This document shows, piece after piece, positions 18,151 through 28,249 of a DNA stretch of 64,000 nucleotides. Both the position numbers and the translations under genes were made by a program. The notes beneath the pieces were generated by a model. That model was not told the DNA's origin, made no database searches, and saw nothing but the letters and a program-made list of their open reading frames with translations. Source of the DNA: Fulvivirga sp. (GTDB lineage Bacteria > Bacteroidota > Bacteroidia > Cytophagales > Cyclobacteriaceae); contig JBDVKW010000015.1 in the NCBI GenBank assembly GCA_039970995.1, forward strand, positions 158,772 through 222,771. Reading direction: 5' to 3'. Numbering within the stretch: position 1 is the stretch's first letter; the number at the start of each line of letters is the position of its first letter.

Positions 18151-19926
18151 CTATTCTCGATTGTGGCGAATTAGCTTTTTACGATATGTACTGAATATTC
18201 TCGACTTTGATAAAAACCCGACATACTTGCCGTCATCAATTACTGGAAGGTTCCAGGCGCCTGTCAGTTCAAACTTACTCATCACTGATTGCATATTTTC
18301 ATGAGAGCTAACAAATGCCGGAGGACTGTGCATGAGCGATTTTACTAGTGTTTTTCTCTGCTCCTCTGCATCAAACATTATATTCCTAATGTCGTCCAGA
18401 GTGACAACGCCTACCAGCTGATCCTCTTCGTTTACTACCGGAAATATATTTCTCTTCGATATTTGCACCAGGTCTACCAACTCACCGAGAGTTGCTGAAG
18501 GGTGTATTCTTTGTAAATCTTTTTCAACTACTTTTTTAAGGTCAATCAGGCTTAGTACTTGCCGGTCTTTGTCATACTGAATGAGATCTCCACTTTCTAT
18601 CAAATGCTTTGTGTATAGAGAATGCTTTTCAAAAAAAGAACTGGTTGAAAAAGATATTGCCGACACAATCATCAACGGGACAAATAATTCGTAACCACTT
18701 GTAATCTCTGCAATGAGGAATATCGCAGTCAATGGTGCGTGTAACACTCCGCTCATGACCCCACACATGCCTACCAGTGTAAAGTTGCTGGTACTCACAT
18801 TTTCCCAGGCTACTATATTGAGCACAGCTGCAAATAAGAACCCAGTAACACCACCTAAAAATAAGGATGGAGCGAAAATACCACCACTTCCTCCAGATCC
18901 TAGTGTGAGGGCTGATGCGATCGGTTTGATTAGAATCACCCCGAAAATAAACCCAAAAAATAATAACACATTCGTTGTCTCTTCAAAAAACAGTGTTGTA
19001 TTTAACACCTCTTCTTCTCTTCCTGCAAGCAATAGTTTGATCGTATTGTAACCTTCGCCATATATGGGAGGAAAGATGAAAATTATAATTCCAAGTAACA
19101 CACCTCCTGTCACTGCACGCCCCAGAAACGGCTTTATTTTTTTTATCCATGATTCCACCTTATAGGTCATTCTTGTAAAATAGACCGACACGAGACCACA
19201 CGTTACGCCCAGCAAAAGGTAAAAAGGAGTATCTGCTGCAGTAAAATTGTCTGTTAGTTTAAAAGAGAAGAGCACATCATCTCCAAGTAAAGTAAGCGAG
19301 ACTAAACTACCTGCTACTGATGCGATGAGTAAAGGAATGAACATGGCAATAGTAACATCGGCCAGGATAACTTCTAAACTAAAGATCACCCCTGCTACAG
19401 GTGAATTAAATATGGCAGATATGGCACCTGCCGCCCCGCAACCAATAAGTAATGTTCGTTTTTTATAGTTAAGATGTACAAACCGACCAACATTAGAACC
19501 AATCGCAGAACCGGTAACTACAATAGGCGCCTCCAAACCCACGGAGCCTCCAAAACCTACTGTGATGGCACTGGTGATCATCCGTGAAAACGTACGTGTT
19601 CTCTTTATTATACTCGACTTTTTTGAAATGGCATACAATATTTGAGTGATGCCGTGACCAAGCTGCTCTTTCAATACATACTTTGAAATGAGTACCGTGA
19701 GGACAATTCCAACTAGCGGAAAACCTATATAGAGATAGTTAGCAAACTTTACATCAAACCCGCTGGTAAGTTGGCCCTGTATAAAGTGTACGGACTCTTT
19801 AAGAATAACAGCGGCAAAGCCTGACAGGATTCCTATAATACCACCTAGGATAAGCACAAAGTTTTTAGTGCTTAGATGCTTCATTCTCCAGATGAGAAAC
19901 TTAACCAGTAGTCCGTCTGCTTTCAC
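18151..19926 (-). CDS. ClC-family chloride channel / H+-Cl- antiporter with two C-terminal CBS domains
   Basis: GGSVGLEAPIV and GGIFAPSLFLG selectivity-filter-type motifs, 10+ TM helices, CBS pair at the C-terminus. GTG start at 19926 keeps the conserved LVKFLIWRMKHL N-terminus; alternative ATG at 19884. Confidence 0.9.
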   Translation of the reverse strand: MKADGLLVKFLIWRMKHLSTKNFVLILGGIIGILSGFAAVILKESVHFIQGQLTSGFDVKFANYLYIGFPLVGIVLTVLISKYVLKEQLGHGITQILYAISKKSSIIKRTRTFSRMITSAITVGFGGSVGLEAPIVVTGSAIGSNVGRFVHLNYKKRTLLIGCGAAGAISAIFNSPVAGVIFSLEVILADVTIAMFIPLLIASVAGSLVSLTLLGDDVLFSFKLTDNFTAADTPFYLLLGVTCGLVSVYFTRMTYKVESWIKKIKPFLGRAVTGGVLLGIIIFIFPPIYGEGYNTIKLLLAGREEEVLNTTLFFEETTNVLLFFGFIFGVILIKPIASALTLGSGGSGGIFAPSLFLGGVTGFLFAAVLNIVAWENVSTSNFTLVGMCGVMSGVLHAPLTAIFLIAEITSGYELFVPLMIVSAISFSTSSFFEKHSLYTKHLIESGDLIQYDKDRQVLSLIDLKKVVEKDLQRIHPSATLGELVDLVQISKRNIFPVVNEEDQLVGVVTLDDIRNIMFDAEEQRKTLVKSLMHSPPAFVSSHENMQSVMSKFELTGAWNLPVIDDGKYVGFLSKSRIFSTYRKKLIRHNRE

Positions 19927-20011
19927 TAACCCGTTTTTTAATGCATGACAAATTTAATAGAATAGCATATAATCTTTAATGTTAGTAGTTTAAAGTTGAA
20001 ACAACACGTTT

Positions 20012-20959
20012 ATGAGCAATAGAATTACAGCACTTTTTGATATACAATATCCTATTATTCAGGCTGGTATGGTATGGTGCAGTGGGTGGCGACTAGCTTC
20101 TGCCGTTTGCAATGCCGGAGGCCTTGGTTTAATAGGTGCCGGCTCAATGTACCCTGAGGTGCTGAGGGAACACATCCAAAAATGTAAAAAAGCCACAAAT
20201 AAACCATTTGGTGTAAATGTTCCTTTAATTTATCCCGATATAAATAAACTCATTGAGATCATCTTAGAAGAAGATGTTAAAATAGTTTTTACCTCCGCAG
20301 GAAACCCAAAAACATGGACGTCTCATTTACAACAACATGGAATAAAAGTAGCCCATGTGGTGTCTAGTGTAAAGTTTGCCAAAAAATGTGAAGAAGTAGG
20401 GGTAGATGCGATAGTTGCCGAAGGCTTCGAAGCTGGTGGTCATAACGGGCGAGAAGAAACAACCACATTTTGTCTGATACCTATGGTGCGTGAGGCAGTA
20501 GGGATTCCATTGATAGCTGCAGGTGGTATAGGCAACGGAAGGGGGATGTTAGGAGCTATGGCTTTGGGTGCAGATGGCGTACAAGTGGGAAGTCGTTTTG
20601 CAGCAAGTCAGGAATCTTCAGCGCACGATAATTTTAAACAGCGAGTGGTAGACAGCAAAGAAGGCGATACTATTCTTACCTTGAAAGCGCTTACACCGGT
20701 AAGGCTTATTAAAAATGATTTTTACCTAAAAGTGGATGAAGCACAAAAAAGAGGTGCTGCTGTGGAGGAATTGAAATCAATATTGGGTAAAAGGAGATCA
20801 AAGCGCGGGATTTTTGAAGGAGATCTAAACGAAGGAGAGTTGGAAATCGGTCAAATATCTGCGGCAATAAATGATATAAAACCAGCTGCTGAGATACTAC
20901 AAGAAATGTGGAGTGAGTACACTCAGCACAGAAAGACATTTTGTAAGGATTGGTCATGA
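20012..20959 (+). CDS. NAD(P)H-dependent flavin oxidoreductase (nitronate monooxygenase / FabK-like)
   Basis: YPIIQAGMVWCSGWRLASAVCNAGGLGLIG, EGFEAGGH and AAGGIGNGRG motifs of the NMO family; 315 aa. Confidence 0.85.
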   Translation: MSNRITALFDIQYPIIQAGMVWCSGWRLASAVCNAGGLGLIGAGSMYPEVLREHIQKCKKATNKPFGVNVPLIYPDINKLIEIILEEDVKIVFTSAGNPKTWTSHLQQHGIKVAHVVSSVKFAKKCEEVGVDAIVAEGFEAGGHNGREETTTFCLIPMVREAVGIPLIAAGGIGNGRGMLGAMALGADGVQVGSRFAASQESSAHDNFKQRVVDSKEGDTILTLKALTPVRLIKNDFYLKVDEAQKRGAAVEELKSILGKRRSKRGIFEGDLNEGELEIGQISAAINDIKPAAEILQEMWSEYTQHRKTFCKDWS

Positions 20960-21348
20960 AGGAGATAAAGCAAATAAAAGAAACCTGTTTGTACTTACAG
21001 GATCTGGCAGGGGCTAAAGACTTCTACCATGGTAAGCTTGGGTTTGAAGTGATTCATTACTTAGCAGACAAGCATGCTTTTTTTAGAGTCGGTAAGTCTG
21101 TGCTGTTGTGCTTCAACCCTGATGATTCTAAAACCAAAACTTCTCCACCAGCACATTTTGGTGGAGGTAATCAACACTTTGCGTTTGAAGTAAGTCCTGA
21201 AGATTATGTTTCCTGTAAACAACAAATAAAAAAATTAGGTATTCAGATTACAGATGAAGTGATCTGGAAAAGTGGACAAGAATCTTTTTACTTCAATGAT
21301 CCTGAAGGCAATGTTTTGGAAATCGTACCTGAAGGTATTTGGGGCTAA
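20956..21348 (+). CDS. VOC (glyoxalase/bleomycin-resistance fold) family protein
   Basis: ATG at 20956 overlaps the upstream stop (ATGA). HFAFEV and FNDPEGNVLEI are typical of VOC beta-alpha-beta-beta-beta modules. Confidence 0.75.
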   Translation: MKEIKQIKETCLYLQDLAGAKDFYHGKLGFEVIHYLADKHAFFRVGKSVLLCFNPDDSKTKTSPPAHFGGGNQHFAFEVSPEDYVSCKQQIKKLGIQITDEVIWKSGQESFYFNDPEGNVLEIVPEGIWG

Positions 21349-21621
21349 TTACTCAAATGCCAGACCACTATATGGCTTCTGCTTTACATCCGACTTTTTA
21401 GCTTTTTCAGAAGTGTCTACCGGACTTAATTTGGTAAATATATTTTCAAACCAGTGCACATAGTCTTTATAGACTACGCAATCAGTCAATAACCGATCCT
21501 GAGTTTGGATTTTTATGATCATTTCAGTGCCTAGCCAGTTTCTTATTTGAGCTCGCTCTTCGGTTGGTAGCTCACTGATTCTGATATACTCGATACCTCT
21601 ATATACACTTACCTTTTGCAT
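21349..21621 (-). CDS. Hypothetical protein
   Basis: ORF only; ATG at 21621 (track start 21627 is GTG). No family recognised. Tail-to-tail with the VOC gene, no spacer. Confidence 0.45.
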   Translation of the reverse strand: MQKVSVYRGIEYIRISELPTEERAQIRNWLGTEMIIKIQTQDRLLTDCVVYKDYVHWFENIFTKLSPVDTSEKAKKSDVKQKPYSGLAFE

Positions 21622-21681
21622 TTCCACACTATAGACAACTAAAAATGAATATCACTCAACGAAAAAATGTAACCCATAACT

Positions 21682-22395
21682 TTAAAAAAGGTTATACCTT
21701 AATATACAATAAATTGCCCTGAATCCGTCTTTCCAGTTTATCTTTTTACCCTCCGCATAAGTACGGCCATAATAAGAAATCCCAACCTCATATATCCTAA
21801 TACCCTCAACACGAGCAAGTTTGGCAGTTACTTCCGGCTCAAAACCAAATCTTCTTTCTTTTAGTTTCAAATCTTGAGCTACTGATGTTTTCATCATTTT
21901 GTAACAGGTTTCCATGTCTGTTAAATTCAGGTTGGTAAACATGTTTGATAAAAACGTGAGAAATTTGTTGCCTATTGTGTGCCAGAAAAATAAAATCCGG
22001 TGGGCGTTACCTCCTGAGAACCGGCTACCGTAAACGACATCGGCCACACCATCTACTACAGGCTTCAACAGTATATTGAATTCTTCAGGGTTATATTCAA
22101 GATCTGCATCCTGAATTACCAGATACTCACCTGTGGCCTCTGCTATGCCTCGGTGCAATGCAGCACCTTTTCCCATGTTTTTAGGCTGGCTAAAATACTG
22201 AAGGTTTAAGTCAGGATTTTCCTTTAAATACTCCTTGATCTTACGCTCGGTTTCATCTGTTGAGCAATCATTTACAATAACGACCTCTTTTTCAATCCCT
22301 CCGATTAAAGATACGGCCTTCACCTTATCTAATATGAGGTGAATTGTTCTTGCCTCATTGTAGGCAGGCATAATTATAGAAAGCTTTTTGATCAT
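21682..22395 (-). CDS. Family 2 glycosyltransferase (polyprenol-phosphate sugar transferase-like)
   Basis: [17 protein letters not shown] and QDADLEY (DxD) motifs; 237 aa. Confidence 0.9.
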   Translation of the reverse strand: MIKKLSIIMPAYNEARTIHLILDKVKAVSLIGGIEKEVVIVNDCSTDETERKIKEYLKENPDLNLQYFSQPKNMGKGAALHRGIAEATGEYLVIQDADLEYNPEEFNILLKPVVDGVADVVYGSRFSGGNAHRILFFWHTIGNKFLTFLSNMFTNLNLTDMETCYKMMKTSVAQDLKLKERRFGFEPEVTAKLARVEGIRIYEVGISYYGRTYAEGKKINWKDGFRAIYCILRYNLF

Positions 22396-22396
22396 C

Positions 22397-23914
22397 CTAT
22401 CTTTTAAATTTTAAGAGGTATGTGTCCGGGTTTTGTAAGTGTAAGACTTGTTCAAATCTATTTGGGTATTGCCGGATGGCAGGAACAAGGTACCTGAAAG
22501 TATTACCATACACTTGGTCAACTACTACATAGTCAACCTGCTTTTCTTCAAGGTCTTTTATCAACTCGGCAGGATTTTGAGCAAACTTATAGCGCATGGT
22601 AAAAGTCTCGGCCTCAAGATAAAAAAGGGCAGGTTTGCCACAACTTACTACTACTCCATCATCCAAATTACGATTAACCCACTTGGCCATAGAAAAGTAA
22701 TTTTTCCATGCGGGAGAATAGGAAGCTTTCGCCTGTTCGTTTAATGCATTTACCGGAGAGATACTGAAAAAAATAAATATCAATAAAAGCAATGGGTTAA
22801 AGCTTTTCTTTCCACTTGCTAAGCTCACTTTTGAAATAAATATGTACAGTGCATTAAACAAACCAATGAGTAATATCGGAACCATAGGCACTATGAATCT
22901 CACACCGATCCAGACTGATGGCCAGATCATTAGAATACCAAAAGTGGCTAACAAATAACCCATAAATAGCCATTTGTATTTACCAACTTGGAAGATCCCA
23001 TAAAACATTAGCGCTAACACGATTAACCCTACAAACCATTCACCAGTTGTGGGCTCGCTGCCATATTGCGGTTGTTTGATAGGAAACAGTACAGAAGGGA
23101 TTTCCCAGGTGATATACCTTTCAAAATTTGTGAAAAAGCGATCGACAAAGTCTCCAAAATCAGCCTGACCAAGATTAGGTTGATAAGGATTGATAAGTGT
23201 TAATTGTTTTAAATAAGAACCCCCGCCCAATTTTTGTCCTCTGATAAACCAGGGTAGTACACCAATGACTAAACCGCCAAAATAGATAAGAGTAGGCTTC
23301 CACTTTCTTTCTAAAATGAAGAATAATAAATAACCAGCAAGTAATGCCACGCCTAGCGATCGGATGTAATAGGCAACGATCATGGCTAGCAAGGCCCCAA
23401 TCATGAAGTAGTTTTTTATGGAGAGATAGTTTTTATCAGCTTTGATAAATAATAACAACGATAGACCGCTAAAGAATAAAAACGGAACCTCCGACATCAT
23501 AATTGATGAGTAATATAAGATATGGCTGTTAAGCGTTACCAATAGGGCTATCACAAAAGCCAGTTTTTCACTTTGTAAAAGATGTGCGGTAAGTTCATAA
23601 ATGATATAAATGGAGCCTAATAATAACAGCCCGTTCATCAGTTTTACAATAAAAATACTGCCACCCAAAAACAGTGCTATACTAATTAAAGCGGGATATC
23701 CTGGAGGATAATGATTGTTAGGGCTTTTATTGACCCGAGATATGTTTACATAACCATCACCCTGGGCAATGGCCTTGCCGAGTGTGTAGTAATATGCGTT
23801 ATCACCAAGCATCGCCACCTTGCTATCAAATGTATAAGCATATGCTGCGGCAAATGTTATCAGCAATATCAGCAGGTATATGGGTTTGCCAGAAGAAGAC
23901 TTTGTTATGCTCAT
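22397..23914 (-). CDS. ArnT/PMT-like (GT39/GT83-type) integral-membrane glycosyltransferase
   Basis: More than 10 TM helices; [11 protein letters not shown] loop typical of the PMT_2/ArnT family. ATG at 23914 (MSITKSS...) preferred over the track start 23968. 1-nt gap to the downstream GT2 gene. Confidence 0.8.
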   Translation of the reverse strand: MSITKSSSGKPIYLLILLITFAAAYAYTFDSKVAMLGDNAYYYTLGKAIAQGDGYVNISRVNKSPNNHYPPGYPALISIALFLGGSIFIVKLMNGLLLLGSIYIIYELTAHLLQSEKLAFVIALLVTLNSHILYYSSIMMSEVPFLFFSGLSLLLFIKADKNYLSIKNYFMIGALLAMIVAYYIRSLGVALLAGYLLFFILERKWKPTLIYFGGLVIGVLPWFIRGQKLGGGSYLKQLTLINPYQPNLGQADFGDFVDRFFTNFERYITWEIPSVLFPIKQPQYGSEPTTGEWFVGLIVLALMFYGIFQVGKYKWLFMGYLLATFGILMIWPSVWIGVRFIVPMVPILLIGLFNALYIFISKVSLASGKKSFNPLLLLIFIFFSISPVNALNEQAKASYSPAWKNYFSMAKWVNRNLDDGVVVSCGKPALFYLEAETFTMRYKFAQNPAELIKDLEEKQVDYVVVDQVYGNTFRYLVPAIRQYPNRFEQVLHLQNPDTYLLKFKR

Positions 23915-24066
23915 ATTTCGAAAATTGCGCTTAAAGATAAAAAAGAATCCACAAGGCCAAACTTTCAATCCATGATTTCAGTCGTTTGGGCACCGGTTTT
24001 TAAGTATTGTACTATGAAATCTTAGAAAAACAGCGTATATTATTTTTACGGCTAAATTCTAATCCT

Positions 24067-24366
24067 ATGGAAAATATAGTTATCCAAAAAGAAGCAATGA
24101 AATTTACAGTTGAAGTGACTTCTCGAAATGGTGAACTGGAATTTAATGTGGTGCGCTACATCGATGTGGCGAGAGATGAGTCAATCGACACGAATGCAAA
24201 GCTGGCTAAGAATGATGCCCTTTGCATCGATGGTCACTTTGTCAACTGCAATATGATTATGAAAAATGCCATCAAAGGGATGGAGGGTACCATGTTACCC
24301 TATGCTTTAAGCATGAACAAAACCTGCAAAATACGGTTGAAAAAAAGTTTCACATTCGGTTATTAA
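24067..24366 (+). CDS. Hypothetical small protein
   Basis: ATG at 24067 (MENIVIQKEAMKF...); 99 aa; followed by a strong terminator. No family recognised. Confidence 0.5.
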   Translation: MENIVIQKEAMKFTVEVTSRNGELEFNVVRYIDVARDESIDTNAKLAKNDALCIDGHFVNCNMIMKNAIKGMEGTMLPYALSMNKTCKIRLKKSFTFGY

Positions 24367-24394
24367 AAAGTTTACACCTAAACTCAATCCCAAA

Positions 24395-24429
24395 ACAGGG
24401 GTGATTGAAATCAATTGCCCCTGTTTTTT
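24395..24429 (+). terminator. Rho-independent terminator
   Basis: ACAGGGG-TG-ATTGA-AA-TCAAT-TG-CCCCTGT interrupted stem followed by TTTTTT (24424-24429). Confidence 0.8.
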
Positions 24430-24454
24430 GTTTGAATGAAAACCAATTTAGGAT

Positions 24455-25366
24455 ATGAGACTACTTTATTTGATTACTCTTTTACTTCTTTCCTTTTCTT
24501 GCAACACTAAAATTGGTAAAGAACCCAAATCTAAACTACCTGCTCAACAGGTATCACTAAATGATGAGTTTGGAGATTATTGGTATGCGGGAAAAGCAGA
24601 AGTAAGTAGTTATGAATTAACTCAGGCGAGGTATGGAGAGTTAAGTAAAGGAAATGCGGTATTGATATTTGTTACCGAACCATTTTCAAAAGAGAAACAA
24701 GTTAAACTGGACAACCCGCAACGAGCAGGTGATGATAAGGTCACAGTGATGAAGCTCAACTTCACCAAGAAGTTTGAAACAGGCATTTATCCATATTCTA
24801 TGATGCTTTCGACCTTTACTCCTGTAGATCGATATAATTTTCCCAGCACGTTAAAAACCACCATGAGCGGGCAAGAGTGGTGTGGGCAAGTATTCGCCCA
24901 GATGAATTTGGAAAATGAAAAATATCATGTGCAGTCCTTTTCCTATTTTGAGTCGGAAGGTGACAATGATTTTGAGATAGAATATGCTTTGTTGGAAGAT
25001 GAAATTTGGAATATGATCAGACTCGATTATACAGCATTGCCGACAGGAAGCGTTACAATGATTCCGGGTTTATTTGCGACCAGACTTATGCATAAGCCTT
25101 TGAAGCCAATGAAGACGGAAGCTTCGTTGGCAGAAAAAGAAAATGAAGGCATATATACTATTGAGTACCCAAATGATCGCACGTTGTCGATTACCTTTTC
25201 GCTAACCTTTCCACATAAGATATTGTCATGGGAAGAAAAATATCCAGGCATCGGAGGTAAAGTACTTACTACGAGTGGTAAGCTCAAAGAGAGTCTTTAT
25301 ATTGATTATTGGAACAAGAACAGCAATGCCGATAGCCACCTGAGAGATTCACTCCTATTACCTTAA
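24455..25366 (+). CDS. Lipoprotein, unknown function
   Basis: MRLLYLITLLLLSFSCNTK lipobox; 303 aa uninterrupted. No family recognised. Confidence 0.6.
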   Translation: MRLLYLITLLLLSFSCNTKIGKEPKSKLPAQQVSLNDEFGDYWYAGKAEVSSYELTQARYGELSKGNAVLIFVTEPFSKEKQVKLDNPQRAGDDKVTVMKLNFTKKFETGIYPYSMMLSTFTPVDRYNFPSTLKTTMSGQEWCGQVFAQMNLENEKYHVQSFSYFESEGDNDFEIEYALLEDEIWNMIRLDYTALPTGSVTMIPGLFATRLMHKPLKPMKTEASLAEKENEGIYTIEYPNDRTLSITFSLTFPHKILSWEEKYPGIGGKVLTTSGKLKESLYIDYWNKNSNADSHLRDSLLLP

Positions 25367-25434
25367 AAAATTGAGTCGAGTTACCAGATTATTATAACAT
25401 AAAGCTTAAAATTGTTTTAGCATAATGTTAACTT

Positions 25435-26580
25435 ATGATCTCAACTCAAAAAGATAAATTTTCGCTTTCTTCAGACAAAGTATACCTCAACTGTGCCTAC
25501 ATGTCTCCCATCCTTAAATCTGTGGAAGAAGCCGGTATCGAAGGGATAAAAAAGAAAAGAAACCCATTTGACATCTCTCCGGAACACTTCTTTAAGGAAA
25601 CAGAAGAGTTAAGAAGTGAGTATGCCAGTTTAATTAACACAAAAGAACCGGAGCGCATAGTGGTGACTACATCCGTGTCTTACGGGATGGCCAATGTCAC
25701 AAAAAACATTAAACTCACTGCCGATGAAAATGTGATCGTACTCGGGGAGCAGTTTCCGAGTAACTACTATCCATGGAAAAGGTTGTGTGACTCCTACGGA
25801 GCTCAGCTTGTGACTGTAAGTGCTCCAAAAGTAGCAGCTGAACGAGGAAAACTTTGGAATGAGGCCATTTTGGAAGCCATTAATGAAAAAACCAAAGTCG
25901 TAGCCATGTCTCATGTACATTGGGCCGATGGTACGTTGTTCGATTTAATTGCTATCAGAAAACGCACAAGAGAAGTAGGTGCTTTGTTGATCATCGATGG
26001 CACGCAGTCGGTGGGCGCCTTGCCTTTTGATGTGAAAGCTATACAACCGGATGCATTAATATGTGCCGGATACAAATGGCTATTGGGGCCGTACTCCATT
26101 GGGCTTTCATATTATGGACCTTATTTCGATGATGGAGTTCCTGTGGAAGAAAACTGGATCAACAGACTGCATAGTGAAGATTTTGCAGGTCTAGTGAGTT
26201 ATGAGGATCGATATCAACCCGGTGCATTACGCTACGAGGCGGGAGAACACAGTAATTTCATTTTGGTGCCGATGATGTTGCAAGCCGTAAAGCAAATTAA
26301 CGAATGGGGAGTGGAGAACATACAGACCTATTGTAAGCAACTTTGTGATAAACATTTGCCGTCACTTAAAAATGCGGTGATCGAAAACGAATCATTCCGT
26401 GGGTCACATCTCTTTGGCATCCGTGTAGATCCGGCAAATATGGAGCAACTAAAAGCAGCTATTCAACGAGCCAACATTTCTGTTTCTGTAAGAGGGGACG
26501 CAATACGCGTTTCACCACATTTGTATAATACAGATGAAGAGATGAAATTGCTCATGGATACAATTAATCAAAATATATGA
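25435..26580 (+). CDS. Class V aminotransferase-fold PLP enzyme
   Basis: LIIDGTQSVG, then CAGYKWLLGPYSIG (PLP-lysine context typical of class V / cysteine desulfurase-like enzymes); 381 aa. Confidence 0.8.
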   Translation: MISTQKDKFSLSSDKVYLNCAYMSPILKSVEEAGIEGIKKKRNPFDISPEHFFKETEELRSEYASLINTKEPERIVVTTSVSYGMANVTKNIKLTADENVIVLGEQFPSNYYPWKRLCDSYGAQLVTVSAPKVAAERGKLWNEAILEAINEKTKVVAMSHVHWADGTLFDLIAIRKRTREVGALLIIDGTQSVGALPFDVKAIQPDALICAGYKWLLGPYSIGLSYYGPYFDDGVPVEENWINRLHSEDFAGLVSYEDRYQPGALRYEAGEHSNFILVPMMLQAVKQINEWGVENIQTYCKQLCDKHLPSLKNAVIENESFRGSHLFGIRVDPANMEQLKAAIQRANISVSVRGDAIRVSPHLYNTDEEMKLLMDTINQNI

Positions 26581-27221
26581 GAGGCATTTTCACCATCTTG
26601 TTTTTAACTGCGCTCTCAGGGGCTTATGGCCAGGAGTATGTTTATGTGTTTCTCAATACAAACCCAGCTAAACAGGAGTTGCCCAAAGCCAAAGTAGACA
26701 GCCTCCAAAAAGAACATTTGGCAAATATTCAAAGACTGGCTAGCGAAGAAAAACTATTGGTTGCGGGCCCTTTTGAAGGTGGAGGAGGTATTTTTATCAT
26801 GAATACCACATCAACTAAAGAAGCTGAACAATGGATCCGGACAGATCCAGCCATTGCGGCTAACCGCTATCGTATCGAAATACTCCCTTGGACACCACGG
26901 GTTGGGGGAGCCTGCTTAATCAGCACAGATGCGGAGTTTGTCACCTATACTTTTGTGAGGTACAATACGCACATTACTAAGTTTAATGTCCAGGATGCCC
27001 CGATACACTTTAAGGCCCATGATGATTATATTGATGAAATTATTGATGCTGGCAATGTCGTTTCCGAAGGGGTTTTTGCCAACTCAGATGGAGGGGTGAT
27101 GATTTTACGTGGAGACATAGAAAAAGCGGTAATTATGAATGATCCTGCTGTGCAAAATGGAATAATTCAGCCCGAGGTGAAGAAAATATGGGTAGGCAAA
27201 GGGTCGTTTTGTGAAAAATAA
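26577..27221 (+). CDS. Secreted tandem YciI-like domain protein
   Basis: Start overlaps the upstream stop (ATGA 26577-26580). Signal peptide, then EHLANIQRLASEEKLLVAGPFEGGGGIFIM (YciI-like) and a second similar half. Confidence 0.6.
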   Translation: MRGIFTILFLTALSGAYGQEYVYVFLNTNPAKQELPKAKVDSLQKEHLANIQRLASEEKLLVAGPFEGGGGIFIMNTTSTKEAEQWIRTDPAIAANRYRIEILPWTPRVGGACLISTDAEFVTYTFVRYNTHITKFNVQDAPIHFKAHDDYIDEIIDAGNVVSEGVFANSDGGVMILRGDIEKAVIMNDPAVQNGIIQPEVKKIWVGKGSFCEK

Positions 27222-27227
27222 AATCAA

Positions 27228-28238
27228 ATGAAAAAACTTACGGTTACGCTGCTTATTGTTATGCCACTTATGACTTTCTATCTTGTAGGGCCTAAGGTAG
27301 AAGAGGCAAACCTCAATGCGCCCATAGTTGAACCAACAGCAAACCTCGAGGAACTGGACACCTACATAAAGTTAGAAGAAGAAGCTAATGAGGCTATAAA
27401 GCCGGATAATGAGTCGAGAATCATTTGGGCAGATTCTGTACCGAAAAAGACTGAATATAGCTTTGTTTACCTGCATGGATGGTCAGCCAGTTATGCTGAA
27501 GGCGACCCATTACATAAAGAAATTGCTAAGCGCTATGGTGCTAACCTTTACCTACCCAGACTAGCTGGCCATGGCCTAAGTGAGGAAGAACCGATGCTCG
27601 ATTTGACAGCAACCGAATTAATGAAATCTGCCAGACATGCTGTAGCTGTTGGAAAACAGTTGGGAGAAAAAGTAATCTTACTAACTACATCGACTGGAGG
27701 CACTTTGGGGCTTTACCTTGCCAGTCAGGATCCGAAGATAGCAGGGCTTATTTTGTATTCACCCAATGTTGATATGCGAGACCCGGCATCCAAGTTACTC
27801 AATATGCCATGGGGTTTGGAGATCGCCAGACTTGTGAAAGATAGTAAATACCATGAATGGCAATTAGACTCCGTGCGAGAATTGTATTGGACAAATAAAT
27901 ATAGGTTAGAGGCACTGACCCACTTACGCGAAATGGTAGATGAAACCATGACTGAAGAGGTATTTGAGAAAGTCACCCAACCAGTGTTTTTGGGCTATTA
28001 TTATAAAGATGAAGAAAATCAAGACGATGTTGTGTCTGTAGAAGCTATGCTCGAAATGTACGAGCAATTGGGCACACCTGATGATAAAAAAGAGGAAGTA
28101 GCTTTTCCAGAGGTAGGCCATCATGTGATTGGTTCCCATCTCACTTCGAATGACTTAGATGCGGTGCGCCACGAGACTTTTGAGTTTCTTGAAGGAGTGA
28201 TGGGGTTGGTGCCTGGACGACCCACCCTCGAACGCTAA
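27228..28238 (+). CDS. Alpha/beta hydrolase
   Basis: FVYLHGWSAS, nucleophile-elbow-like LLTTSTGGTLGL and distal His in EVGHHVIGSH; 6-nt gap to the upstream gene. Confidence 0.7.
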   Translation: MKKLTVTLLIVMPLMTFYLVGPKVEEANLNAPIVEPTANLEELDTYIKLEEEANEAIKPDNESRIIWADSVPKKTEYSFVYLHGWSASYAEGDPLHKEIAKRYGANLYLPRLAGHGLSEEEPMLDLTATELMKSARHAVAVGKQLGEKVILLTTSTGGTLGLYLASQDPKIAGLILYSPNVDMRDPASKLLNMPWGLEIARLVKDSKYHEWQLDSVRELYWTNKYRLEALTHLREMVDETMTEEVFEKVTQPVFLGYYYKDEENQDDVVSVEAMLEMYEQLGTPDDKKEEVAFPEVGHHVIGSHLTSNDLDAVRHETFEFLEGVMGLVPGRPTLER

Positions 28239-28249
28239 AGGATTTCTAT

